A DNA stretch of 64,000 nucleotides, taken from an uncultured delta proteobacterium (lineage in GTDB: Bacteria; Myxococcota; Myxococcia; Myxococcales; Anaeromyxobacteraceae). Under the pieces are notes generated by a model. The model had not been told where the DNA came from, made no database searches, and was given only the letters and a program-made list of their open reading frames with translations. The stretch lies in NCBI GenBank assembly GCA_963845515.1, contig CAWJSR010000023.1:32001-96000 (forward strand), given 5' to 3'. Positions 49,910-59,262 of this stretch are shown here, one piece after another. Made by a program: the position numbers and the translations under genes. Every line of letters starts with the position of its first letter. The stretch's first letter is position 1.

Positions 49910-51199
49910 TCAGTCGGCCTTCGGCCCCCAGGCGGGCGTCGCGACGACCGTCCTGCCGTCGGTCACGACGACCTGCCGGTCACCGTCGGGCGAGGAGACG
50001 ACCAGCTGCGGCGCCCCCTTCCGGTCCGACGTGAAGGCGAGCAGCCGCCCGTTGGGTGCCCAGGTGGGCTCCTCGTTGGTCGCCCCCTGGTTCTGCGTCA
50101 CGCGGGCGATCTTTCCCGAGTCGGGCGAGACGACGAAGACGTCGAAGACCTTCCGCTCGTCGCGCGCGGTGAAGGCGATCAGGTCCCCGCGCGGGCTCCA
50201 CTTCGGCGTCTGGTTGTAGTTCCCCTGGAACGTGAGCCGCCGCTGGCCGCTCCCGTCCGCGTTCATCACGTAGATCTGCGGCGAGCCGGCGCGGTTGGAG
50301 ACGAAGGCGATCCGCGTCCCGTCAGGCGACCAGGTGGGCGAGAGGTCCTCGGAGGACTCGCGCGTGAGCCGCCGCGCGTCGGTGCCGTCCGCGTTGGCCA
50401 CCCAGACGTCGGTCGCGCCGCCGCTCTGCGCGGCGGTGAAGGCGATCCTCGAGCCGTCGGGCGACCAGGTGCCACCCATCGTGATGGAGCCGACCGAGAG
50501 GAGCTTGCGGAAGCTCCGGTCGGCGAGCCGGTAGACCCAGAGCTCCGGCCGGCCGTTCCGGTAGCTGGTGACCAGCAGCTCCTTCCCGTTCGGGCGCCAC
50601 GCCGGCATGAGGATCAGGAGCTTCTCGGCGAGCAGGACCTGCGGCCGCTTCCCGTCGACGTCGTAGAGGATCAGCTCGCGCCCCTCCTTCGTCTTCCGGA
50701 TGGCGGCGATGCGCGTGTCGAAGACCCCGGGCTCGCGCGTGTAGTAGCGGAGCACCGCGTCGGCGATCCGGTGGCCGAGGGTGCGCGCCCCGCCGGACTC
50801 CCCGCCAGTCGTCAGCTCACGCCCGGCCCTCACGTCGTAGAGGTGGTACTCGGCGTTCGCCTGACCGGCATCGCCCTTACCGAACGTCGCCTTGACCAGC
50901 CCGTCGGCGCCGACGTCGCCCCAGCGCTGGAACTTGATCGACGCCGCCGCGAGCCCCTCGGTCGGATCGGCCAGGAACCCCTTGGGGTCCAGGACCTTGA
51001 AGAGACCGGAGAGGTTCAGGTCGCTCCGCACGGTCTCCCATGCCTCGCGCGCCACGGGGTCGCCGTCCGGCGCGAAGGGGGCGATGGCGATGGGGAGCGG
51101 CTCGAAGTTGGGGGCGCCGACCTCGATGACCGGGCGATCCTGCGCTGCGGCGGGGAGCGCGAGGGCAGCGGCGAGCGCGGCGAGCAGGCGAAGGTTCAT
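49910..51199 (-). CDS. tolB: Tol-Pal beta-propeller protein TolB
   Basis: PIAIAPF, HRIAD..FDTRIA, repeated P.WSPDG. Confidence 0.92.
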   Translation of the reverse strand: MNLRLLAALAAALALPAAAQDRPVIEVGAPNFEPLPIAIAPFAPDGDPVAREAWETVRSDLNLSGLFKVLDPKGFLADPTEGLAAASIKFQRWGDVGADGLVKATFGKGDAGQANAEYHLYDVRAGRELTTGGESGGARTLGHRIADAVLRYYTREPGVFDTRIAAIRKTKEGRELILYDVDGKRPQVLLAEKLLILMPAWRPNGKELLVTSYRNGRPELWVYRLADRSFRKLLSVGSITMGGTWSPDGSRIAFTAAQSGGATDVWVANADGTDARRLTRESSEDLSPTWSPDGTRIAFVSNRAGSPQIYVMNADGSGQRRLTFQGNYNQTPKWSPRGDLIAFTARDERKVFDVFVVSPDSGKIARVTQNQGATNEEPTWAPNGRLLAFTSDRKGAPQLVVSSPDGDRQVVVTDGRTVVATPAWGPKAD

Positions 51200-51219
51200 G
51201 GCGGTGTGGGCTCCGGGGG

Positions 51220-51966
51220 TCAGGGCGTGTACTCGACGAGGATGCCGTCGCGGCGGTAGCGATCCTTGAACTCTGCTGGCGGCGGAGGCAAGCGGGTTGC
51301 GCGTGCCGAGCGCTCCACCGAGGCGTCGAAGACGTCGTTCCCGGAGCGCTTCGCGATCCGGACGTCGCGGATGGCGCCGTTCGGCTCGACCAGTATGAGC
51401 ACGGTGGCGCGCAGGTGGAGCCGCTCCTTCACCGGGATCGTGGCGGGCGCCGCGTAGCTGGCCTTGAGCGCCCGCTGCGCCAGGGCGAGGTAGCGATCCC
51501 CTTCACCGGCCTCCGAGGCGTCACCCTCCGGGTCGCCGGTCGGGTCGCCCCAGCGCGGCTCCTCGGCCGACTTGTCCCGCTCCATCCTGGACATGACCCG
51601 CGCCAGCGGATCGCCGCCTGCCTTCCCCTCCGCCTTCGGCGCGGCCGCGGCGGGCTTCGCCTTCGTCGCGGCCAGGACCGGCGCGGCGGCCCTGGCGTCC
51701 GGCGTGAGGACCGGCGCGGCGGCGCTCTTCGGCGCTGGCGCTGGGGGCGGCGGCTCTGCCTCCTTGCGCGGCAGGAGGGTCTCGGGGCGCTTCTCCCCGA
51801 GCCGCACGAGCTTCGCGACGATCGGCTTCTGCCCGACGTCGATCTCCGGCCCGGCGCGGTGGGTGAGCGCCCAGCCGGCCAGCACGACGTGGACGAGCGC
51901 GGACGCCGCCACCGCCGGCCAGACCCGGTCCCGTCGCCCGAGCGCGCTGGCCGCCAGCGAGGTCAC
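51220..51966 (-). CDS. tolA: TolA/TonB C-terminal domain protein
   Basis: SALVH TM motif, Ala/Pro/Lys linker, SGNDVFDASV; between tolR and tolB. Confidence 0.8.
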   Translation of the reverse strand: MTSLAASALGRRDRVWPAVAASALVHVVLAGWALTHRAGPEIDVGQKPIVAKLVRLGEKRPETLLPRKEAEPPPPAPAPKSAAAPVLTPDARAAAPVLAATKAKPAAAAPKAEGKAGGDPLARVMSRMERDKSAEEPRWGDPTGDPEGDASEAGEGDRYLALAQRALKASYAAPATIPVKERLHLRATVLILVEPNGAIRDVRIAKRSGNDVFDASVERSARATRLPPPPAEFKDRYRRDGILVEYTP

Positions 51967-52534
51967 TTATCGCTTCCGTCCCGCGTCGATGAGCCCTCTC
52001 CCCCACCGGGGAGAGCCCGCCCTTTCCGGAGACCCCCTCTCCCCCACCGGTGGAGAGCCCGCCCTTTCCGGAGACCCCCTCTCCCCCACCGGGGGAGAGG
52101 GCAGGGTGAGGGGGCGGTCCGGAGGGGTTGGTGATCATCCCGACGTTGGTGATCCCCGCGCGCTGGACGGTCGCCATCACGTCCACGACGAAGCCGTACG
52201 GGAGTCCCCGGTCGGCCATCAGGAAGAGCGTCCGGTCCTTCTCGGCGCGCGCGTTGGCGCGGAGCCGCTCCTCCAGCGCCGCGTACGGGACGCGCGCCGG
52301 GTCGCCGGTGGTGCCGAGCCAGAGCGACCTGTCCGCCTTGACGGAGAGGACCAGCTTCTGCTCCTCGGCGTCGATCGCCCGCGCGCGCGCCTCCGGCAGG
52401 TTCACCTCCACGCCCTGCTGGATGAGCGGGGCGGTCACCATGAAGATGATGAGGAGGACGAGCATCACGTCGACCAGCGGCGTGACGTTGATCTCGGTCA
52501 GCGTCTGGCGCCCCATGCCTCCACCGAAGGCCAC
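51963..52534 (-). CDS. tolR: TolR/ExbD with repeat-encoded tail; 1-nt deletion near 52010
   Basis: EINVTPLVDVMLVLLIIFMVTAP, AD..LPYG; restoring one base ends the ORF at TGA overlapping tolA GTG. Confidence 0.88.
51994..52115. repeat. Three tandem REP-derived units (41/42-nt period)
   Basis: ccctctcccccaccgg(t/g)ggagag at 51994, 52035, 52077; last unit carries full gcagggtgaggggg end. Confidence 0.9.
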
Positions 52535-52536
52535 GG

Positions 52537-53295
52537 CTACCCCCGCGACGGGCCGAAGAAGTGGCGCCGGACGATGTTCAGGAAGTCGTTGGAGAAGTTG
52601 GTCATCTCGCTGTCGAGCACCCGGATCTTCGAGATGAAGTAGTTGTAGGCCACGACGGCGGGGATGGCCGCGAAGAGGCCGACCGCGGTGGCGATGAGGG
52701 CCTCGCTGATCGGGCGCGCCACGGTGGCGAGGTTGGCGTTCCCCATTTTGTAGATGTCGTGGAAGGCGTTCATGATCCCCCAGACGGTGCCGAAGAGGCC
52801 GACGAAGGGGGCAGCGCTCGCGGTCGTGCCGAGGAAGGGGACCTGCGCCTCGAGCGCGGTCACCTCCGCGGAGCAGGCGCGCTTGAGGGCCCGCTCGACG
52901 TTCTCGATGCCCCCCAGCTCGGTGCTCATCCCCTCCGGCTCGCCGTCCTTGCGCGGGGCGGTCACCTTCGACAGCTCCACGTAGGCGGTGCGGAAGACGG
53001 CGCTGATCGGCGAGGCCGAGAGGTTCTCGGCCGCCTGGTAGATGGCGTCGAGCCGCTTGGACTGCCAGAAGATCTCCAGGAACCGGAGCGACTGGCGCTG
53101 CGCCTTCCGGATCTGGAGCCACTTCTTGAGGATGATCGCCCAGGAGAAGACGGAGGCCGCGAGGAGGAGCAGGAGCACGGCGGTCACGACCGGCCCCGAG
53201 TGGGTGATGATCTCGAGGTAGTCGATCCCTTCCGCCGCCTGCGGGGCGGCGGCCTGGGCGAGGGCGACGGGGAGTGCGGTGTCGGCTGGGTTCAT
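52537..53295 (-). CDS. tolQ: TolQ
   Basis: APFVGLFGTVWGIM, ISEALIATA.GLFAAIPAV. Confidence 0.95.
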   Translation of the reverse strand: MNPADTALPVALAQAAAPQAAEGIDYLEIITHSGPVVTAVLLLLLAASVFSWAIILKKWLQIRKAQRQSLRFLEIFWQSKRLDAIYQAAENLSASPISAVFRTAYVELSKVTAPRKDGEPEGMSTELGGIENVERALKRACSAEVTALEAQVPFLGTTASAAPFVGLFGTVWGIMNAFHDIYKMGNANLATVARPISEALIATAVGLFAAIPAVVAYNYFISKIRVLDSEMTNFSNDFLNIVRRHFFGPSRG

Positions 53296-53474
53296 GGGTG
53301 GGTCAAGTCTCCGGAAGTCACGGGCTTTCTAGCACGGAGCCGGGTGGGGGTTGCCCCCATCCCGCCGGCCGGTGAGGTGACTCCGGTCACCAGGGTGTGA
53401 AGGCGCACCACGACCGTGCGGAACCCGCTACTGGCTAAACGCCGCGCCCACCGAAAACGGTCAGAATATTCGTG

Positions 53475-53489
53475 TGGCATGCACGTTGC
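53475..53489 (+). promoter_or_regulatory. sigma54 promoter
   Basis: TGGCATGCACGTTGC near-consensus; palindrome GGTGAC-TCCG-GTCACC at 53376-53391. Confidence 0.7.
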
Positions 53490-53563
53490 GTAAGCGTCAA
53501 GCTGAGTCCACAAACGTCGCTGCCTGCCCCGAACGGCGGTGCGGCAACCACCAAGGAGCCGCC

Positions 53564-54280
53564 ATGAAGCGCATCGCCCTCTTGCTCGCAGCCGTCGGTC
53601 TCGGCTCGGGCTGCGTAGTCGACACCTGCGACAACCAGACGCTCACCGTGGACTGGGCCTTCGTCGCGGCAGACGGCACGTACTACGCCGACTGCACCGA
53701 AGCCGGCGTGGACTGGGTCGACGTCTGGGTCGACAACCTCGCCTACCGCGCGGACTGCTTCGATGGCGGGGTCACCCTCTTCGACGTCCCGTCGGGCGTG
53801 CACGACGTCGTGGTCGAGGGGATCTATGGCGGCCTCATCAGCGGTGGCGGCCTCATAGTCAACCGCGACTGGCAGACCAACATGGGCATCGCGAGCTGCG
53901 GCGACACCTACTTCCCTGCCGCCCCCGGCGAGGGCGACCTCGTGATCGATTACGCCTTCTCCCCCGCCGGCTGCGGCGCCAGCACGTACATGTGGTACTC
54001 GCTCGCCGACGAGTTCTTGAACGCGACGGCCCACGACACGGTCACGGGCGCGGCGACGCTGGTCAGCTCGGGGACGAGCTTGCCCTGCACCACCTCGACC
54101 ATCGCCTTCACCCTTCCGTACGGCCAGTACACGCTCGACTGGATTCAGGAGGTCACGGCCGACGGGACCGTCCAGGCCCAGAGCTGCGGCCCGGTGTCCG
54201 CGTACGTTCCGAACCCGACACTCGGGACGACGGTCCACCTTCCCGTGACGCTCGCGGTCGACCCACTTACTTGCCCTTGA
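53564..54280 (+). CDS. Cys-rich hypothetical lipoprotein
   Basis: RBS aaggag; lipobox LGSGC; W.F...C..AGVD.V motif. Confidence 0.8.
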   Translation: MKRIALLLAAVGLGSGCVVDTCDNQTLTVDWAFVAADGTYYADCTEAGVDWVDVWVDNLAYRADCFDGGVTLFDVPSGVHDVVVEGIYGGLISGGGLIVNRDWQTNMGIASCGDTYFPAAPGEGDLVIDYAFSPAGCGASTYMWYSLADEFLNATAHDTVTGAATLVSSGTSLPCTTSTIAFTLPYGQYTLDWIQEVTADGTVQAQSCGPVSAYVPNPTLGTTVHLPVTLAVDPLTCP

Positions 54281-54308
54281 CCTGAGGGATGGGGGACGAT
54301 TCGGCGCC

Positions 54309-55101
54309 ATGCGGTTCACCGCGCTGCGCCGACTCGTCCTCCCCCTCGCCGTAGCGCTCGGGTCGGGCTGCATCCCCCAGAACACCGACACCGGCCGCGT
54401 CGACATCTACTGGGCCTTCTGGTCCCAGTCGCTCGACGACATCGGCGCCTTCACCGACCCGGCGACCTCCATCTGCACGAGGGCGGCGGTCGACGACGTC
54501 CGGATCAGGCTCACCACGCCCGGCGACGTAGTCCTCCCGCCCTCCGACCAGCCCCTGCATCAACCCCGACGACGTTCCGGCAGCCGCGTTCGACGCCCTC
54601 GAGGCTGGAACGTGGAAGTACGAGCTCGCGGCGCGGCGCGGCGGCGTGACGGTGTTCGAGAAGAGCGGCACGTTCGAGGCCGTGGACGGGAAGCGGGCGG
54701 TCGTGGAGGCGAGGGCGACGCCGCCTTCCGGCAACTGGGACGTCATCGCCAGCTTCGCAACGCCCGTCACCCCCTCCTGCGCCGCCGGCGACCGGCTCGA
54801 CTTCGAGCTCATCTCGACGAGCGGCGACCGCGTGACGGCCTTCTCCACGCACGATCCGCTGGTCAACCCGCCGGTTGGCATCCCGTGCGGCCCCGGATCG
54901 TTCACCATTCCGTCGGTGCCCCCCGGCCCCTACGAGTTCTCGGACTGGGTCCACGTGGACGCGTCCGGCGCCACGGAGTACGCGTACTCCACCTGTCGGG
55001 CGGCGTGGCTGCAGGGGAGCATCGGCAGCTCGACGATCACCGTGGCCGAGGTGACGGCCGCGGCGCCTTCGCCGGAGGGGAACCCGGGGGTCTGCCCGTA
55101 G
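54309..55101 (+). CDS. Cys-rich hypothetical lipoprotein, paralog of preceding gene; frameshift near 54555
   Basis: Lipobox LGSGC; YWAF...CTRAAVD.V; continues in frame ending GVCP*. Confidence 0.72.
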
Positions 55102-55147
55102 ACCCCCTCTGGCGCCCCGGACGCGGGCGCGTATGATGCGCGCGCTC

Positions 55148-55927
55148 ATGGCCCGCATCGGCATCTTCGACTCCGGCGTCGGCGGCCTCACGGTGCAGCG
55201 CGCGATCCTGGACGCGCTCCCCGGCGCCGACACCCTCTACCTGGGCGACACCGCCCGCGTCCCGTACGGCACCAAGTCGGCCGAGACGGTGACGCAGTAC
55301 TCGCTGCGCAACGCGCGCTTCCTGGCCTCGCAGGGGATCGACCTGCTGGTGGTCGCGTGCAACACCGCCTCGGCGGTCGCGCTCCCCGCCGTCCGCGAGG
55401 AGCTGAAGATCCCGGTGCTCGGCGTCGTCGAGCCGGGCGCGCGCGCCGCGGCGCGGGTCTCGCACACCGGCCGGATCGGCGTCATCGGGACGCAGGGGAC
55501 CATCCTGAGCGGCGCCTACCAGGAGGCCATCCGACGGCTCAGGCCGAACGCCGAGGTGATCGCGGTGGCCTGCCCCCTCTTCGTCCCGCTGGCGGAGGAG
55601 GGGTGGACCGACCCGGACGACGAGATCGTCCGCGGGATCGTCGGGCGCTACCTCGCGCCGCTGGCCGGCGCCGGGATCGACGCGCTCGTGCTGGGCTGCA
55701 CCCACTACCCGCTGCTCAAGGCCGCCATCGCGCAGGAGCTGCCTGGCATCGCGCTCGTCGACAGCGCCGAGGCGATCGTCCAGGAGGTGCGCGAGAGCCT
55801 GGGGCCCGTCCCCGGGGGCGGGGGGATGCACCGCTTCTTCGTGACCGACCTCCCCGAGCGCTTCACGCCCATCGCGGGGCGGTTCCTCGGCCGGCCGGTG
55901 GAGCTGGCCGAGCACGTGGACGTGTAG
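55148..55927 (+). CDS. murI: Glutamate racemase
   Basis: FDSGVGGL, PYG, ACNTAS, LGCTHYP. Confidence 0.96.
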   Translation: MARIGIFDSGVGGLTVQRAILDALPGADTLYLGDTARVPYGTKSAETVTQYSLRNARFLASQGIDLLVVACNTASAVALPAVREELKIPVLGVVEPGARAAARVSHTGRIGVIGTQGTILSGAYQEAIRRLRPNAEVIAVACPLFVPLAEEGWTDPDDEIVRGIVGRYLAPLAGAGIDALVLGCTHYPLLKAAIAQELPGIALVDSAEAIVQEVRESLGPVPGGGGMHRFFVTDLPERFTPIAGRFLGRPVELAEHVDV

Positions 55928-56026
55928 GCGCGAGGAGCTTTGGCACCGGCGCGCCCCGCGGCAGCGGACGGCGTTTCGACTGGACCGGTTTCTGGAGTAG
56001 ACTGCCGCTCTGCGAGGTCAAACGGC

Positions 56027-56563
56027 GTGGCAAAGCTCGTAACCGGCTTCAACCACAACATAAAGCACAAGGGGAAGCAGTATCACATCCAGACCGAGGA
56101 CTCGGGCCTGGAGAATCCCCACATCATCACCCACCTGTTCGTGGGCGGTAACATCCTCGCGAGCAAGAAGACCTCCTACGCGGACATCGTAGGCGCCGAG
56201 AACCTCCAGCAGGTCGTCCGCGAGCTGATGGAGGAGCAGCACAAGGAGATGCTGCGCAACCTCGTCAACGGCGTCTACGACGACATCGACGAGAGCTACG
56301 CCCAGCAGGCTGGCCACTACGCGCCCGGGCAGATCGACACCGGCGGCAAGATGGTCCAGATGCACGCCGGCCAGACCATCCAGGCGCCGACCCCGCTGTC
56401 GAAGTCGCTCCCCCCGGAGGTGCTCGCCGCGCGGCAGTCGCCGGCGCCGGAGCTCCGCAACGACGGGGCCGAGACGCTCTTCGGCGAGGATCTCATCAGC
56501 GAGAAGAGCCTCGACGAGGTGATCCTCTCGTACCTCGCCGAGGACCTGGGCGAGCGCAAGTAG
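56027..56563 (+). CDS. Conserved hypothetical protein upstream of ftsE
   Basis: GFNHNIKHKG..YHIQTEDSG...QHKEML and acidic tail SLDEVILSYL; strong codon bias. Confidence 0.82.
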   Translation: MAKLVTGFNHNIKHKGKQYHIQTEDSGLENPHIITHLFVGGNILASKKTSYADIVGAENLQQVVRELMEEQHKEMLRNLVNGVYDDIDESYAQQAGHYAPGQIDTGGKMVQMHAGQTIQAPTPLSKSLPPEVLAARQSPAPELRNDGAETLFGEDLISEKSLDEVILSYLAEDLGERK

Positions 56564-56578
56564 ATCCGGCCTGACCGG

Positions 56579-57262
56579 ATGATCCAGCTCTTCCACGTCC
56601 ACAAGGAGTACCCGGGCGACGGCCCGGCGCTCTCGGACGTGACGCTCGAGATAGACAAGGGCGAGTTCGTCTTCCTCACCGGCCCGTCCGGCGCCGGCAA
56701 GTCCACGCTCCTGAAGATCGTCTTCTGCGCCGAGCCCGCGACGAGCGGGCAGGTGCTCCTCTTCGGCAAGAACGTCGCGAAGGTCTCGGGGGCGGGGGTC
56801 AACGTCGTCCGGCGCAACATCGGCGTCGTCTTCCAGGACTTCAAGCTGCTGCCGTACCGGACTGTCGCCGAGAACGTGGCGCTCCCGCTGGAGGTGCTGG
56901 GGCTGCCGGAGCGGGAGGTCCGCAAGCGGGTCCGGCTCCTGCTGCGCTCGGTCGGGCTCGAGTACCGGTACGACAAGTTCCCGCCGTCGCTCTCCGGCGG
57001 GGAGCAGCAGCGCGTCGCGGTGGTCCGTGCGCTCGCCCACTCCCCCGCGCTCCTGCTCGCCGACGAGCCCACCGGCAACCTGGACGCCGAGCGGACGCTG
57101 GAGGTGATGGAGCTCCTCAACAACGCCAACGCGCGGGGCACGACCGTGATCGTGGCGACCCACGATCGCTCGATCCTCGCGCGCTACAAGAAGCGGGTGG
57201 TGACGCTCGACGGCGGCCGGGTGGTCTCCGACGGCCTGCGGGTCGTGTCACCCACCGCCTGA
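56579..57262 (+). CDS. ftsE: Cell division ATP-binding protein FtsE
   Basis: FLTGPSGAGKST, VVFQDFKLL, LSGGEQQR, ADEPTGNLD. Confidence 0.95.
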   Translation: MIQLFHVHKEYPGDGPALSDVTLEIDKGEFVFLTGPSGAGKSTLLKIVFCAEPATSGQVLLFGKNVAKVSGAGVNVVRRNIGVVFQDFKLLPYRTVAENVALPLEVLGLPEREVRKRVRLLLRSVGLEYRYDKFPPSLSGGEQQRVAVVRALAHSPALLLADEPTGNLDAERTLEVMELLNNANARGTTVIVATHDRSILARYKKRVVTLDGGRVVSDGLRVVSPTA

Positions 57263-57271
57263 CGGATACAC

Positions 57272-58165
57272 ATGGCCCTCCGCCCGCTCTACTTCGTCCG
57301 GCGCGCGCTCGACGCCATGAGGCGCGGCCCCTACGTGGCGATCGTCGGGACCGCCACCATCTTCGTCGCGGTCTACTCGATCGGCCTCTTCGCTGCGACG
57401 CTCGGGGGCGCGCAGCGGCTCCTCGGCGTCTGGGCGGGCGAGGTGCGGATCGCGGTGTACCTCAAGCCGGGGGCCGACCTGGTGCTCGCGCGCGAGGAGG
57501 CGCTCCGGATCGCCGAGGGGCGCCGCGTCGACGCCGTCCCATCCTCTGCGGCGCTCGCGCGGCTCGCCGAGAGCCTCGGCGACCAGGCGCACGTGCTCGA
57601 GGGCGTCGGCCCCGACGCGCTCCCCGACGCGGTCGAGGTGGCGGCCCCGGGGATCTCGCTGGCGGGGGCGAAGGCGCTCGCCGAGCGGCTCCGCGCCGTG
57701 ACGGGGGCGGACGAGGTCGACTACGGCAACGCGTGGCTCGAGAAGCTGGAGCGGTTCGTCGAGCGGACGCGCTTCGCGTCCATCTTCATGCTCGCGGCCC
57801 TCTCGCTCGCCACCGCGGTGCTGGTGGCGAACACGCTCCGGCTGGCGGTCTTCGCGCGCCGCGAGGAGATCGAGATCATGAAGCTGGTCGGCGCCACCGA
57901 CGCGTTCGTCGGGGCGCCGTTCCTCATCGAGGGGCTCCTGCAGGGGCTCGTCGGCGGGGGGCTCGCGGCGGTGGCGCTCCTCGCGACGCACGCGGCGGCA
58001 GCGCCGAGGCTGCGGGCGGCGGTCGCGATCGCCGAGGTCATCACGCTGCGCGACACGCTGCCCTTGCCGCTCCTGGCCGCGCTGGTCGGCGGCGGCGCGG
58101 CCATCGGGCTGCTCGCCAGCACGCTCGCCGTCGTCCGCTACCTGAGGGCGGTGTCGGGGCCGTGA
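57272..58165 (+). CDS. ftsX: Cell division permease FtsX
   Basis: NTLRLAVFARREEIEIMKLVGAT..F...PF..EG. Confidence 0.93.
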   Translation: MALRPLYFVRRALDAMRRGPYVAIVGTATIFVAVYSIGLFAATLGGAQRLLGVWAGEVRIAVYLKPGADLVLAREEALRIAEGRRVDAVPSSAALARLAESLGDQAHVLEGVGPDALPDAVEVAAPGISLAGAKALAERLRAVTGADEVDYGNAWLEKLERFVERTRFASIFMLAALSLATAVLVANTLRLAVFARREEIEIMKLVGATDAFVGAPFLIEGLLQGLVGGGLAAVALLATHAAAAPRLRAAVAIAEVITLRDTLPLPLLAALVGGGAAIGLLASTLAVVRYLRAVSGP

Positions 58166-59262
58166 CGCCGCTGCTGCTCGCCCTGGCGCTCACCGCCGAC
58201 CCGCGCCTCCAGCTCGAGCTGATGGAGGCGCGGCGCGCGGCCGAGGCGGCGGCGGCGAGGCTCCTCGCCGCGCAGGAGCGCTCCGTCCTCGACACGCTCG
58301 GTGACGCGGAGCGGGCCCTCGAGGACGCGCGCGCCGAGGTGAGGCGGACCGACGCGGACCGCGCCGCGGCGGAGGTGATCCTGCGGCGGGCGCTGGAGGA
58401 GGAGGGGCGCGCGAAGGGGCTCTACCGCGCGCGGCTCGACGACCTGCGACCGCGGCTGGAGGCGCGCCACCGGATGGGGCGGGCGGGCGAGCTGGCAGTC
58501 CTGCTGTCGGCGCCGACCCTGGCCGACCTCGTCAGCCGCAAGTACCTCTTCGACCGGATCCTCGGGCGGGACCTCGCGATCTTCGGCGAGGCCAGGGCGG
58601 CGCTGGAGTCGCAGCGGCGCGCCCGCGCCGAGGTGGAGGGGCAGACGAAGCAGATCGCGGCGCTGGCGGAGAGGGCGGCGGAGCAGCGGGCGAGCGCCGC
58701 GGCCCGGCGGGAGGAGCGCGAGACGCTGCTGGGCGCCCTCAGGACCGCGCGCAGGTTCCACGAGCGGGCGGCGGCCGAGGCGGCGGAGCAGACGAAGCGG
58801 CTCGCCGAGTTCGTCACGACGCTGCCGCCGAAGTCCGCCGGCGACCCGCTCAGGGGCGCCTTCGAGCGGCTGAAGGGGAGGCTGCGCCCGCCCGCGGCGG
58901 GGCACGTGACGGTCGGCTTCGGCCGCGTGGTGAACCCGAGGTTCAACACCGTGACCGTGCAGAACGGCATCGACATCCGCGCGCCCGCCGGCGCGCCGGT
59001 CCGCGCCGTCGCGCCGGGGCACGTGGTCCACGCTGGCTGGTTCAAGGGGTACGGGAACATCATCATCGTGGACCACGGCGACGGCTACCACACGCTCGTG
59101 GCGCACCTCGCGTCGATGCGGACGGCGATCGGCGAGTCGGTGAGCCCCGGCGACGTGATCGGCACCGTCGGCGACTCCGGCTCGCTCAAGGGGACGTACC
59201 TGTACTTCGAGATCCGCCAGAAGGGCCGGCCGGTGGATCCCAAGGGGTGGCTGGGCACGTGA
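58162..59262 (+). CDS. envC: EnvC-like murein hydrolase activator (coiled coil + degenerate M23)
   Basis: QNGIDI, GYGNIIIVDHG, LYFEIR (His ligands replaced). Confidence 0.88.
   Translation: MTPLLLALALTADPRLQLELMEARRAAEAAAARLLAAQERSVLDTLGDAERALEDARAEVRRTDADRAAAEVILRRALEEEGRAKGLYRARLDDLRPRLEARHRMGRAGELAVLLSAPTLADLVSRKYLFDRILGRDLAIFGEARAALESQRRARAEVEGQTKQIAALAERAAEQRASAAARREERETLLGALRTARRFHERAAAEAAEQTKRLAEFVTTLPPKSAGDPLRGAFERLKGRLRPPAAGHVTVGFGRVVNPRFNTVTVQNGIDIRAPAGAPVRAVAPGHVVHAGWFKGYGNIIIVDHGDGYHTLVAHLASMRTAIGESVSPGDVIGTVGDSGSLKGTYLYFEIRQKGRPVDPKGWLGT

Noticed and set aside
51994..52115. CRISPR-like array
   Set aside because: Spacers are identical, there are only three units, the unit is the dispersed REP, and no cas genes are present
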